A stretch of 62,672 nucleotides of DNA, counting the filler. It is 8 parts of 8 records of this genome, joined end to end, with 100 filler letters (N's around TTAATTAATTAA, not from the genome) between each part and the next. Parts side by side here need not be neighbours in the genome. Positions count along the whole stretch, not along the records: positions 51,686 to 56,690 come from SRR31147125_6795; positions 56,791 to 62,672 come from SRR31147125_6807; 6 more parts are not named here. One strand, written 5' to 3'. The translations under genes were made by a program, and so were the position numbers. Position 1 is the stretch's first letter, and each line of letters begins with the position of its first letter. The notes under the pieces were generated by a model, which was given only the letters and a program-made list of their open reading frames with translations, made no database searches and was not told the origin of the DNA. This document shows, piece by piece, positions 53,253 to 62,672 of this stretch.

Positions 53253-54437
53253 CTATGATAAAATGATAGTCTCTAATTTCTTCATCTCTTCACGCTTTGT
53301 GTCCTCCATAGCGTGTGTGTATGTATTCAAGGTCATAGATATATCGGCATGTCCTAAAATCTCTTGTACGACCTTAGGCTTAACATCTGCTTCAAATGCT
53401 CGAGTGGCAAAAGTATGTCTAAGCGAATGCGCCGATATCTTAGGAAGTCCAAACCTTTCCGATATCCCATAAAGCTTTCTATTAATATTGCGAGGATTTA
53501 AAAAGTTCCCCAATTCTGTACAAAACACTAAATCTAAATCAGTCCACAGGCTTCCTGCTTTTAGACGCTCCTGCATTTGTATCGTTCGGTGTTGCCTTAA
53601 AATCTTGATTATAGAATCGTTTAGGGGAATTTGCCGGATACTATGCGATGTTTTAGGGTCACTTACCCTGTATTCATGTCTATTAGTCGCTGTATCCTTC
53701 GTATAGGATAAGGACTTAGTAACTAAGAGTATTTGCTTATCGAAGTCTGTAGACTCCCATGTCAGCGCCAAGAGCTCTCCAATCCGCATTCCTGTTCCTA
53801 AAGCAACTAAAAAAAGCGGTCGTAAGCGTTCTTCTTTTATTGCACGCAAAAAAATCTCCTGTTCTTCAGGCGAAAGGAAACTAATCTGTTTTTGTTTTAG
53901 CTTTGGCGTTTCAACAGCTTCTATTATATTGCGAACTACTAAACCGTTCTTTACAGCTTGATTTAATGCAGAATGGAGAATATTCTTGATTTTTATCACT
54001 GTTGCGGCAGCTAAACCGCCTGATTTACCGTCGGCACGTCCACAATCGCTCTGTAGCTCGTTTAGAAGACGCTGTACGAACTCTGGGCGAAGCTTTGTTA
54101 GTAAGATAGATCCTAGTCTTGGCTTGATGTGTAGGCGAATTTCGTTCTTATAGACATTATACGTCGATAGCTTAATGCTTGACTTTTTATAATCTTCAAG
54201 CCACGTATCAAGCCATTGCCCTAAAGTAATGTTCGAGGGCTTTATGAACGTACCGTTGTCTATACTCGTTAGAACTTCACGAAGCTTAACTTGGACTTCT
54301 TTTTTTGTATTTCCATAAATAGATTTACGCAATTGTTTGCCAGTATCTTTATTATAGCCCAATGTATACCGTGCTTCCCATCTACCGTCATCTTTTTGTC
54401 GTATAGACCCCTCTCCGTTACCTTTTTTCTTACCCAA
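53253..54437 (-). CDS. int: Tyrosine recombinase / site-specific integrase
   Basis: GEGSIRQKDDGRWEAR arm-binding domain, TGMRIGELLALTW, PKT, HSLRHTFAT, LGHADISMTLNTYTH. Confidence 0.95.
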   Translation of the reverse strand: MGKKKGNGEGSIRQKDDGRWEARYTLGYNKDTGKQLRKSIYGNTKKEVQVKLREVLTSIDNGTFIKPSNITLGQWLDTWLEDYKKSSIKLSTYNVYKNEIRLHIKPRLGSILLTKLRPEFVQRLLNELQSDCGRADGKSGGLAAATVIKIKNILHSALNQAVKNGLVVRNIIEAVETPKLKQKQISFLSPEEQEIFLRAIKEERLRPLFLVALGTGMRIGELLALTWESTDFDKQILLVTKSLSYTKDTATNRHEYRVSDPKTSHSIRQIPLNDSIIKILRQHRTIQMQERLKAGSLWTDLDLVFCTELGNFLNPRNINRKLYGISERFGLPKISAHSLRHTFATRAFEADVKPKVVQEILGHADISMTLNTYTHAMEDTKREEMKKLETIILS

Positions 54438-54444
54438 TGCAAAT

Positions 54445-54975
54445 CTACTCCCTTTCCCTCAAGAATCTTTCATACATTTCCTTGTTCATATCTTGTAGAT
54501 TATCCATAAGTTTAAATAATTTCTTTACTACAGATGCTTCATTGCTTTCTTTTCCGATAGATTTAGCGGTCTTCATGATTTGTACAATGCCTTTTAGAGG
54601 AGCAACGCCAAATATAGCTTTCCTGTAAAGATAATCATTAATAAAGTCATTGACTTCTTTCGGTAGCTTTAAAAACTCGTCAATATCCTCTGCTGGTAAA
54701 AACTCTTCAAGCTTCTTTTCATATGCATCAGCATTTGAAAAATCTACTATTACTGTTTCTTTTGTTGATGACTTGGATGACGATAGCCCTACAAGGTAAT
54801 CTGTTGAAACATCATAGTATTTTGCTAGTCTGCATAGAAAGTCATAATTTGGCTCTCTGAACTTTTCATATGCTGATAAATTTTGTGCGCTTATATCAAG
54901 CTCCGACGCTACCTGTGCTTGACTAAGTCCTTTTTCCTCACGTATTGCCTTTAATCTAATGTTAAATATACCCAT
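54445..54975 (-). CDS. XRE-family HTH repressor
   Basis: RLKAIREEKGLSQAQVASELDISAQNLSAYE..REP...LAKYYDVSTDYLVG. Confidence 0.9.
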   Translation of the reverse strand: MGIFNIRLKAIREEKGLSQAQVASELDISAQNLSAYEKFREPNYDFLCRLAKYYDVSTDYLVGLSSSKSSTKETVIVDFSNADAYEKKLEEFLPAEDIDEFLKLPKEVNDFINDYLYRKAIFGVAPLKGIVQIMKTAKSIGKESNEASVVKKLFKLMDNLQDMNKEMYERFLRERE

Positions 54976-55053
54976 TTACCTCACCTCGATTTATTATAAC
55001 CTATTATGATAAAAAAGTAAACCCTTTATTTATATGTTTATATAAATCAACTA

Positions 55054-55082
55054 TTGCTTTATTAATTTAGGTATGCTATATT
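55054..55082 (+). promoter_or_regulatory. Sigma70 promoter for xis and prim-pol
   Basis: TTGCTT-N17-TATATT with an extended -10 TG, divergent from the repressor. Confidence 0.55.
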
Positions 55083-55119
55083 GCTGGTAAATCATAACTA
55101 TAGAAAGGAGAAAATCATT

Positions 55120-55326
55120 ATGAAAATACATAATAAGCAAGACTATGATATCACATTAAGTGTTGCCGAAATTGCAAAACTTTTGAAAATTTCCAAGTCA
55201 AAGGCTTATGAATTAGTTAGACAAAGTACCTTCCCGAAAATCCGAATTGGCAAGAGAATCATAATACCTAGGGATAACTTTTTTGATTGGCTTGATCGAG
55301 AAACGAGAAGAGGTGCTTCAAAATGA
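55120..55326 (+). CDS. xis: Excisionase-family winged-helix DNA-binding protein
   Basis: SD AAAGGAG. LSVAEIAKLLKISKSKAYELV...FPKIRIGKRIIIPR..F.DWL. Confidence 0.88.
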   Translation: MKIHNKQDYDITLSVAEIAKLLKISKSKAYELVRQSTFPKIRIGKRIIIPRDNFFDWLDRETRRGASK

Positions 55327-56690
55327 GAAAAAAACTTGTAAGCGCTTTGTACTACGCAAAAAAAGATATTGCCATTATACCTTTGCATTCAGTTGATGAT
55401 AATGGCTTCTGTAGCTGTAGCAAAGGAAAGAATTGTGATAGTGCCGGAAAGCACCCTAGAACGAAACATGGCTATAAAAATGCCACAATAGACCCTAATA
55501 AAATAAAAAATTACTGGACTAAATATCCTGATTCTAATATCGGTATAGCTACCGGGAAAATAAATGGCATTATAGTAATTGACATAGATCCAAGAAATGG
55601 TGGCGACGAGACAATGAATAAATTAATTAGAAAGTATGGTGAACTACCTGAAACATGGACTGTCGAAACAGGCGGTGGTGGTTTGCACTACTATTTCAAA
55701 TATCCTTTTGAGAATAAGTGCAAAATTCCTTCAAGTATAGGAAAAGGGGTAGATATTAAGTGTAATGGTGGGCTTGTAGCAGCTCCTAATTCAAATCATA
55801 GCAGTGGAAAAATATATAAGTGGAAAAAGGGGTATACACCCCTTTCTGAGTTAGCTGAACTCCCCTCCCCTTGGGTAAAGTGTCTCACACAAATAATCAC
55901 TCATGAGGAAAGTGATAGACTTAAAATGCCTGAGATCATTCCTGAGGGAGCAAGAAATGAAACTTTATTTAAGTTCGCATGTAGTTTGCGTTCAACAGGT
56001 TTATTCAGAAAAGAGATTTTAGATACTTTAAAAAAAGTAAATGATAGGTGTTCCCCTCCATTGTCAGATGAAGAAGTTATTAGTATTGTAAGTAGTGCTA
56101 TGAAAGAACCCGCAGGAATTGCAGTATTGAAAAAATGGAAAACACCCCGTGAACTTGAAAACTTAGTCTTGCCTATATTCCCCATCGAATGTTTTCCTAA
56201 GTCATTACATGACTACATTACAAGTGTGGCAAAGAGTATACAAGTTCCAATTGATATGGTTGCTTGCGCAATAATTGCTGTATTTTCATTAGGTTGTTCT
56301 GGAAAATTTATTGTTTCTGAAAAAGAAGATCATTCCGAACATCTAAATCTCTTTATGGCAATCTCAGCAAAAACTGGCGAAAGAAAATCTGCGGTTTTCA
56401 ACGAAATAATGCGCCCGATACATGAGTATCAAAACGAAGTAAATAGAGAACTCAAACTACAGATTGTTACAAATAGACACAAGGTGGAAATAATAGACAA
56501 AAAAATCAGTCAATTAAAAAACCAATATAGTGAAAAAAATGACGAACAAATTTTTAAAGAAATTGAGAAACTTGAGCAAGATAAAATTACCTTTAGCGCA
56601 ATAAAAGAGCTTTGTCTTTATGCTCAGGATGCAACACCTGAAAAAGTTGCCCAACTTCTCCAAGACAATGGCGAAAGGCTTGGAATTTTT
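55323..56690 (+). CDS. Bifunctional primase/polymerase with PriCT and DUF3987-like helicase region (3'-truncated)
   Basis: GKHP, NIGIATG, IDIDPRNGG, TGGGGLHYYF, EGARNETLF, then FPIECFP, NLFMAISAKTGERKSA, DATPEK. Confidence 0.85.
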
Positions 56691-56790
56691 NNNNNNNNNN
56701 NNNNNNNNNNNNNNNNNNNNNNNNNNNNNNNNNNTTAATTAATTAANNNNNNNNNNNNNNNNNNNNNNNNNNNNNNNNNNNNNNNNNNNN
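56691..56790. other. Artificial contig spacer
   Basis: N44-TTAATTAATTAA-N44. Confidence 0.98.
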
Positions 56791-56853
56791 GGGGTGAATT
56801 TCGGTACTAAAAGTTATAACCAGATTCCGATGATTAGTTGTAGAGATTGTAAC

Positions 56854-57831
56854 TTATTTTGCTGTTTGCGAAATGCTTTTTAATAAACTGAATTGTGAGT
56901 TAATTTCAACATCCTGAGATAGTTCCCAAACCATAATTCCGTAGTAACCATTTTTTCGAAGAAATTTGGTTTTAGTCTGCATCAAACTTCTTCCGTTAAA
57001 ACTATATTTTCCGAAGTTGTTTACATCGAAGGCCGGCGACGATTGTTTTACAATACTTGAATATGTAATTGCTTGGGGAGAGCTGTCGGCAGAATCGTAA
57101 GATCGTTTACCGTAAAAAGGAACTCCCACGATAAGTTTTGAGCGGGGAACTCCGGCAACGTCAAATTTATTTAGCCATTCTTTTAACATTTCTATGGGAA
57201 CCTGGTTACCATTATCGTCTAATACACCATATGACATAATATTTATTTGTTCGACTTTGTTCTTAAATTGTGCTGATAAATTGTAATGAGAGGCAGCAAC
57301 TGCAACAGTAAGTTTCAGGTTATTCTCGTGTAATTTTGTTGAAAGCAAATCAATCAGGGCAAAGTAGTCAGCTTCAGGAACGGTAGTGGGATAGGCTTCC
57401 CAGTCCAAATCTACACCATCAATATTATTTTCAATGCAGAATTCAACCAAAGAATTTACATATGCATTTCTTTTGTCAGCATCTTTTGCCATTGGGAAAA
57501 TTGTTTCTGATTCGTACCAACCTCCAATAACGATGAAAAACTCTATGTCAGCATCGTCGATTTCGTTTTTTAAACGTTCAATATTATTTTTATGGGTATC
57601 TGACATTTGGAAATTGCCATTCTCGTCGGGTGCCAACGAAAAATAATAAATACGGTCGATATATTGCAGTGCTTCAAAATCAAAATTGTCGAACCCATAC
57701 CATGGAAGATAGCCGGCAATAAATAGTTCAGGACTCTCCTGAAATATCACCTCTTCATCTTCAGTATTTTCGCAAGAACTGAAAAGAATTGCAGTTAGAA
57801 TAATAATATAGAGAATATTTGTTGCTCTCAT
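56854..57831 (-). CDS. GH18 family (chitinase-like) lipoprotein
   Basis: Lipobox LFSSC, IGGW, catalytic DGVDLDWE, NIMSY, GVPFYG, GIMVWELSQD. Confidence 0.9.
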   Translation of the reverse strand: MRATNILYIIILTAILFSSCENTEDEEVIFQESPELFIAGYLPWYGFDNFDFEALQYIDRIYYFSLAPDENGNFQMSDTHKNNIERLKNEIDDADIEFFIVIGGWYESETIFPMAKDADKRNAYVNSLVEFCIENNIDGVDLDWEAYPTTVPEADYFALIDLLSTKLHENNLKLTVAVAASHYNLSAQFKNKVEQINIMSYGVLDDNGNQVPIEMLKEWLNKFDVAGVPRSKLIVGVPFYGKRSYDSADSSPQAITYSSIVKQSSPAFDVNNFGKYSFNGRSLMQTKTKFLRKNGYYGIMVWELSQDVEINSQFSLLKSISQTAK

Positions 57832-58908
57832 TTAAATAAGTTTGTGAATCGTACCTCCGCAATTATCTCTTTTCGCCCCTGTTACAGAAGCCAAACAATT
57901 GTCAATATTTTTAATGCGCAGTACTCCAAGAAAGGCAAAAATAATTGCTTCCTTAAAATCGATAATTGCTTTTTTAGGAAGGAAAATATTCGCCGATGTG
58001 TAGTTTTTAATCCTCTCGATAAGAAATGAATTAAATGCTCCCCCTCCTGTAATTAGTAATTTCCCGTTTCCTTTTATGTCTTTGGCAATTTGTATTCCAA
58101 TGTGTTCGTAAACTGTTCTAAGTTTATCGGCATCAGCTATCTCAAATTTATTTAAAACCGGGAGAAAATCATTTTCTACCCATTCTCTTCCCAACGATTT
58201 TGGCGCAGCAGCCTGGTAATAGGGAAGGACGTTTAATTCTTCGAGAAGTTCTGTATTAATTTTTCCTGCTCTCCCAAGCTGCCCGTCTTTATCGTAAGGC
58301 ATTCCCTGTTTTTCGGCAAAATGATTAAGTACGAAATTTGCCGGGCAATTGTCGAATGCAATTCTATTCTTATTTCCTTCAAACGAAATATTGGCAAAGC
58401 CACCCAGGTTAAGACAATAATCGTATTCAGAGAATAGCAAACGATCTCCTATTGGAACCAGCGGTGCTCCTTGTCCACCTAAAGCCACATCTCCGGTGCG
58501 AAAATCAGAAACCGTAAGAATATTTGTAACAGCAGCAATATTTGCACCGTTCCCTATTTGCAGGGTGTAGCCTTTTTCGGGACAGTGAAAAATAGTGTGC
58601 CCATGCGATGCAATTAAATCGGCCTTAAATTTTGTCTTGTTTAAGAAGTTTGCAATTTGTGTGCCTGTAAAACGCCCGTACTCTGCATCTAATTCAGTAA
58701 GCTCTTCTCCCGAAAAATTAGGCGCCAATTTCAACCGTTCTTCCCATTCTGCACTATAAGAATATGTTTCTGCTTCTTTAAGTTCGAAATTCCATTTTCC
58801 ATTATTGAAATGAAATGTAACAGCAGCAATGTCCATTCCATCGAGCGAGGTGCCCGACATTACTCCAATGGCATTGAAATTGTTTTTATTTTTTAGAGAA
58901 TTGCTCAT
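57832..58908 (-). CDS. anmK: Anhydro-N-acetylmuramic acid kinase
   Basis: IGVMSGTSLDGMD, ASHGHTIFH, DFRTGDVALGGQGAPLVP, NLGGFAN, GGGAFN. Confidence 0.95.
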   Translation of the reverse strand: MSNSLKNKNNFNAIGVMSGTSLDGMDIAAVTFHFNNGKWNFELKEAETYSYSAEWEERLKLAPNFSGEELTELDAEYGRFTGTQIANFLNKTKFKADLIASHGHTIFHCPEKGYTLQIGNGANIAAVTNILTVSDFRTGDVALGGQGAPLVPIGDRLLFSEYDYCLNLGGFANISFEGNKNRIAFDNCPANFVLNHFAEKQGMPYDKDGQLGRAGKINTELLEELNVLPYYQAAAPKSLGREWVENDFLPVLNKFEIADADKLRTVYEHIGIQIAKDIKGNGKLLITGGGAFNSFLIERIKNYTSANIFLPKKAIIDFKEAIIFAFLGVLRIKNIDNCLASVTGAKRDNCGGTIHKLI

Positions 58909-58910
58909 GT

Positions 58911-60608
58911 CTATTTCCAAAATGAAGAAGAATATTCGGCGGAATTTCCCCTGTAGTCAGTTATTGTTAGTATGAATTCGTGTCGTTTTTGTAATTCAAA
59001 ACGTTCAGCATCGAAATAATGGGTAATTCGGCTGCTTTTTGCATCGTATTCAAACAAGGCCCACTTCCCGTCAATTAAACCTTCTATGGTTTTTATCCCG
59101 CTTAAATCGTCAGTGATTTTAAAACGGATTCTATTCGATTCGGTGAGTTTATTGTTGGCAATGCTTAAAGGTTTTATAATTGGTGCAATGGTGTCAACAA
59201 CAAGCGCGTAAGTACCAAACATTTTAACTTCAGAAGAAACCCAACCATCTTCGTATCTGCCACCGTTGGCATATAATCTATCGCTTTTATCATCGGCATA
59301 AACCAGAACGACCTTCGAGTGTAAAGAATCAGGTAAGTTCCGTGGTTTTATTTTTACTTGAACCGGCTTTTGTAATGGAACAGTGTTATTGTGAATAACA
59401 TGAAAATCGGAATAAAAAGCATCGGTTGTAGGTTGTTTTTTATAAGCAAATTTTATGTTGTTGTACAAAGCTCCTTCATGAATTTTCAATTGAACTTCAT
59501 CAGTCGAAAATTCATTATCTGAATTGTACAGCATTTGTCTCTTTTCAGAACTTTTTGCTGCATTTATCTTTTTTATTTTGCCCTCAACATTGAACGTTAA
59601 CGAAGAGGAATTGCCGTACGTGTCGCGAATTTCAATGTCGATTAAATGCTTTTGGTTTCCGGTATTAAGTATACCTCCCGAAAAGTTATAGTTGTAAATT
59701 GGAAGTGAATTTCCCGGTTCAATCCAGGCTTTTATAAAACGTCGGTGCGATGAAATATATTCGTCGTAAACAATGTGACTATTTATGTAACGCGAGTTAT
59801 GAAAAGCAAAGCGGTTCAACTGAAAAGAAAATGTGTTTTCTCCGTCAACATTTAAAGCCAATTGGTTAATTCCACATTTGTTATAGGTTCCGTCGAAATA
59901 ATCATTGGCCTGAATAGCAAAACCAATTTTTCCATAAACCGGAATTGTCGGATTGTTTTTCAAATGATATTTTCCGTCGTAAAATACAACCGGAAAACTT
60001 CGTTGTACGGGCTGATAACTAACGTGCGAAGCATCATTGAGCGGAACAACCAGCAAGGAAAATATTTTTGGTGCAATATTGTCTTTCACCGGAAACTCGA
60101 ATTGAAGCGGATTTATAGGTTCTTCCGATTTTGTATCTCTAATTTCGAAGTGTAAGTGCGGGCCACCTGAACTTCCCGTGTTTCCGCTTTTGGCAATTTC
60201 CTGATTTTTATTTATTAGAAACAGGTACGCCGGAATTTCCAGATCAACCCGAAAAGATTTTTGTTTGTATTGCTGGTTCTTTACATATTTTTCAATCTCT
60301 TTACTAAACGAATTCAGGTGCCCGTAAACCGTAGTGGTTCCGTTTGGATGATTAATATACAATGCCCTTCCATAACCACCGGGCGAAACTGCAATTCTGG
60401 AAATGTATCCTTCGGCAACAGCATAAACAGGAATACCGGTAACACCCTGCGTTTTTATATCGATACCCGAATGAAAATGGTTACTCCGTAATTCAGCAAA
60501 ACTTCCGCTTAATAACATCGGAATTTTTACAGGATTGGAGAAATAGCGTTCCTGAGAACTTGCGCTAAAACTGATGAATATTATAAAGTATAAAATGAAA
60601 TTTCGCAT
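58911..60608 (-). CDS. M23 family metallopeptidase
   Basis: Signal peptide, HFHSGID, YGHL, SGNTGSSGGPHLHFEIRD. Confidence 0.92.
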   Translation of the reverse strand: MRNFILYFIIFISFSASSQERYFSNPVKIPMLLSGSFAELRSNHFHSGIDIKTQGVTGIPVYAVAEGYISRIAVSPGGYGRALYINHPNGTTTVYGHLNSFSKEIEKYVKNQQYKQKSFRVDLEIPAYLFLINKNQEIAKSGNTGSSGGPHLHFEIRDTKSEEPINPLQFEFPVKDNIAPKIFSLLVVPLNDASHVSYQPVQRSFPVVFYDGKYHLKNNPTIPVYGKIGFAIQANDYFDGTYNKCGINQLALNVDGENTFSFQLNRFAFHNSRYINSHIVYDEYISSHRRFIKAWIEPGNSLPIYNYNFSGGILNTGNQKHLIDIEIRDTYGNSSSLTFNVEGKIKKINAAKSSEKRQMLYNSDNEFSTDEVQLKIHEGALYNNIKFAYKKQPTTDAFYSDFHVIHNNTVPLQKPVQVKIKPRNLPDSLHSKVVLVYADDKSDRLYANGGRYEDGWVSSEVKMFGTYALVVDTIAPIIKPLSIANNKLTESNRIRFKITDDLSGIKTIEGLIDGKWALFEYDAKSSRITHYFDAERFELQKRHEFILTITDYRGNSAEYSSSFWK

Positions 60609-60627
60609 AATTTATAAATAAGATTTG

Positions 60628-60635
60628 CAAATTTA
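60628..60635 (-). promoter_or_regulatory. Bacteroidota -7 element for the M23-anmK-GH18 operon
   Basis: TAAATTTG on the minus strand, 19 nt upstream of the ATG. Confidence 0.5.
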
Positions 60636-60806
60636 TTGTTTTTAGTTCAGTATGGGCAAAACTTTTTTTAAACCACATAAATTGTTTTTATAAGGTTTAT
60701 AAAAAAGAAAGAGAATTGATTGTCGTTTTTGTGCCATTAACAACGTTATGTTAGCATAATTTCTGTTCAATCAATTGCTTTTGCTTTTACAATAGGGAAA
60801 AAAAGT

Positions 60807-60814
60807 TAACTTTG
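60807..60814 (+). promoter_or_regulatory. Bacteroidota -7 element for the zapB-like/zapA/rny genes
   Basis: TAACTTTG, with TTTG upstream at 60780. Confidence 0.6.
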
Positions 60815-60833
60815 TGCGTGAAATGCAGCTATT

Positions 60834-61127
60834 ATGACTGAAGACGACCACTTGCTTCTTAATGATTTAAAGGCGAATATGAGGCAGCTGTATGAAAATT
60901 ACAACTCTCTGAAAAATGAGAAACAGGTGCTTGAAGAACAGCTTTCAAATCAGGAAAAAAATATTGAAATATTGAAGCAAGAAAAAGAAGATTTGGGTCG
61001 TAAATATGAAAAACTGGAAATCGCAAACCGACTTTTATCCGGAAATGATGAAAACGGTGAGGCGAAACAGAAAATAAATTTTTTAGTACGGGAAATAGAT
61101 AAGTGTATCGCATTACTAAATAAGTAA
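60834..61127 (+). CDS. ZapB-like coiled-coil protein
   Basis: 97-aa coiled coil ending LVREIDKCIALLN, directly upstream of zapA. Confidence 0.75.
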   Translation: MTEDDHLLLNDLKANMRQLYENYNSLKNEKQVLEEQLSNQEKNIEILKQEKEDLGRKYEKLEIANRLLSGNDENGEAKQKINFLVREIDKCIALLNK

Positions 61128-61130
61128 TGA

Positions 61131-61430
61131 GTGAAAGATAATAGTTTAAGAATAAATATTAAGATTGATGGAAGAGTTTACTCTTTGAATATCAGTCGTG
61201 AAGATGAAGAGAGGTACAGAAAAGCTGCAAAAATGGTTAATGAAACCATAGCCGAATTTCGGAACAGGTTTCAGAATAACGACCAACAAGATATAATAGC
61301 GATGGCTGCTTTTCAAATTACGTTAAATTTTTGCGAACAGCAGGAACATCAGGATTACTCTCAGTTCATCGACGAAATAAAAGATATTAACGACGATATT
61401 TCAGATTTTTTAAAAGAAAAGAAGAAATAG
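61131..61430 (+). CDS. zapA: Cell division protein ZapA
   Basis: INIKIDGRVYSLNI..EEERYRKAAK.VN...QDIIAMAA. Confidence 0.88.
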   Translation: MKDNSLRINIKIDGRVYSLNISREDEERYRKAAKMVNETIAEFRNRFQNNDQQDIIAMAAFQITLNFCEQQEHQDYSQFIDEIKDINDDISDFLKEKKK

Positions 61431-61450
61431 AGATTTTAAGATATTTATCG

Positions 61451-61503
61451 AAACCCGTATTAGACCTGTTCCCATTAAAGAACAGGTTTATTACGGGTTT
61501 TTT
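61451..61503 (+). terminator. Long hairpin with U tract between zapA and rny
   Basis: AAACCCGTA..AGACCTGTTC / GAACAGGTTT..TACGGGTTT followed by TTT. Confidence 0.6.
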
Positions 61504-61526
61504 AATGTTAAAACTAAATGTAAGAG

Positions 61527-62672
61527 ATGGATGATATAGGACTGATTATAGGAGTTGCTTCAGGATTTGTTGTCGGAGGTGCGATAGCGTACTTTATCTG
61601 GGACAAAGCCTTGAAAGCAAAGAGAAACAAAGTTTTGGCCGAAGGAAAATCAGAGGCTGAAGTAATTAAGAAAGATAAAATATTACAGGCAAAAGAGAAG
61701 TTTTTGCAGTTAAAGTCGGAGCACGAGAAGTATATAAACGAAAAAACTTCGACTCTGTCAAATCTTGAGAACAAGCATAAACAACGAGAAAATTCGTTGA
61801 ACCAACGACGTGATGAATTGAACAGAAAGAGCAAAGAATTTGAGACAACACGCCGTGAAGTTGATGCTATTCGCGAAAACCTGAATTCGCAACTGCAGCG
61901 TGTTGAGCACAAATCGGAAGAGTTGGAAAAAGTGCATAAAGAAACGCTTGAGAAGTTGGAACAGATTTCAGGTCTTTCTGTAGATGAAGCAAAATCTCAT
62001 TTGGTGGAATCTTTACAAGAGGAAGCAAAATCGGAAGCAATTGCTTATATCAACGAAATAATGGAAGAAGCCAAACAAACTGCTAATAAAGAAGCGAAAA
62101 AGGTTGTGGTAAAATCCATTCAACGTGTTGCTACCGAAACGGCCATCGAAAATGCTGTTACTATTTTCCATATCGAAAGTGACGAAATTAAGGGTAGAAT
62201 TATTGGACGTGAAGGACGAAATATTCGTGCGTTGGAAGCTGCTACCGGTGTTGAAATTGTTGTTGACGATACACCTGAAGCTATTGTGCTTTCTGCATTC
62301 GATCCTGTTCGTAGAGAGATTGCACGTTTAGCGCTTCACCAATTGGTAACCGATGGTAGGATTCACCCTGCACGTATTGAGGAAGTAGTTCAGAAAGTGA
62401 AAAAACAGGTTGAAGAAGAGGTTATCGAAACGGGTAAACGTACTGCCATCGACCTTGGTATTCATGGTTTGCATCCTGAATTAATTCGTTTGATTGGTAA
62501 AATGAAATACCGTTCGTCGTACGGACAAAACTTATTGCAGCACTCGCGCGAGGTGGCTAATTTAAGTGCAATTATGGCTTCGGAACTCGGTTTGAATCCG
62601 AAAAAAGCCAAACGTGCCGGATTGCTTCACGATATTGGTAAAGTGCCAGATGATGAGCCGGAATTGCCACAC
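61527..62672 (+). CDS. rny: Ribonuclease Y (3'-truncated; missing from the ORF track)
   Basis: Translated by hand from ATG 61527: TM helix, coiled coil, KH motif [29 protein letters not shown] and HD motif GLLHDIGK. Confidence 0.95.
   Translation, partial: MDDIGLIIGVASGFVVGGAIAYFIWDKALKAKRNKVLAEGKSEAEVIKKDKILQAKEKFLQLKSEHEKYINEKTSTLSNLENKHKQRENSLNQRRDELNRKSKEFETTRREVDAIRENLNSQLQRVEHKSEELEKVHKETLEKLEQISGLSVDEAKSHLVESLQEEAKSEAIAYINEIMEEAKQTANKEAKKVVVKSIQRVATETAIENAVTIFHIESDEIKGRIIGREGRNIRALEAATGVEIVVDDTPEAIVLSAFDPVRREIARLALHQLVTDGRIHPARIEEVVQKVKKQVEEEVIETGKRTAIDLGIHGLHPELIRLIGKMKYRSSYGQNLLQHSREVANLSAIMASELGLNPKKAKRAGLLHDIGKVPDDEPELPH

Larger units (their letters stand above)
53000..56690. mobile_element. 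tRNA-Thr-targeting integrative element (phage-satellite/IME-like), incomplete
   Basis: att core, integrase, XRE repressor, then divergent excisionase and primase-polymerase. May extend left to include parA. Confidence 0.8.

Noticed and set aside
61514..62331. Short ORFs listed in the track at the right end
   Set aside because: They are shadows of rny, which the track missed because it has no stop codon in the window.

Overview
This window is not one locus. It is eight unrelated contigs joined by 100-nt spacers (N44-TTAATTAATTAA-N44), and they appear to come from several different bacteria. (1) 1-9216: a type IV pilus/T2SS-like operon (PilT-like ATPase, PilM/PilN(-SPOR) fusion, PilO/P-like, short secretin, invasin-like lipoprotein) plus an atypical pilin-like gene behind a sigma54-type promoter. 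(2) 9317-20654: a minus-strand polysaccharide locus (glf, DUF4422, GT2/GT4/GT61, Wzy-like, ATP-grasp). (3) 20755-29094: an AT-rich pectin catabolism cluster (kduI, CE12 acetylesterase, multimodular PL9 lyase). (4) 29195-35458: Clostridia-like housekeeping genes (hydA, phosphatase, DegV, ychF). (5) 35559-43198: a Bacteroidota rhamnosidase/uronate region (SASA esterase, GH106, uxaB, uxaA). (6) 43299-51585: guaA, three orphan genes and dnaE. (7) 51686-56690: an integrative element with a tRNA-Thr(GGT) 3' fragment in attP-like context, integrase, repressor, excisionase and primase-polymerase. (8) 56791-62672: Bacteroidota GH18, anmK, M23 peptidase, zapA and rny. About ten genes are split by single-base frameshifts, mostly in homopolymers, which are most likely sequencing errors. 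The strongest leads are the attP-like junction with visible arm and Xis-type repeats, the non-canonical pilus system, a guaA 3'-end duplication next to DxNCD-motif orphan paralogs, and a REP-like sequence embedded in frame in the GH106 gene. All family calls come from reading motifs by eye; no searches were run.
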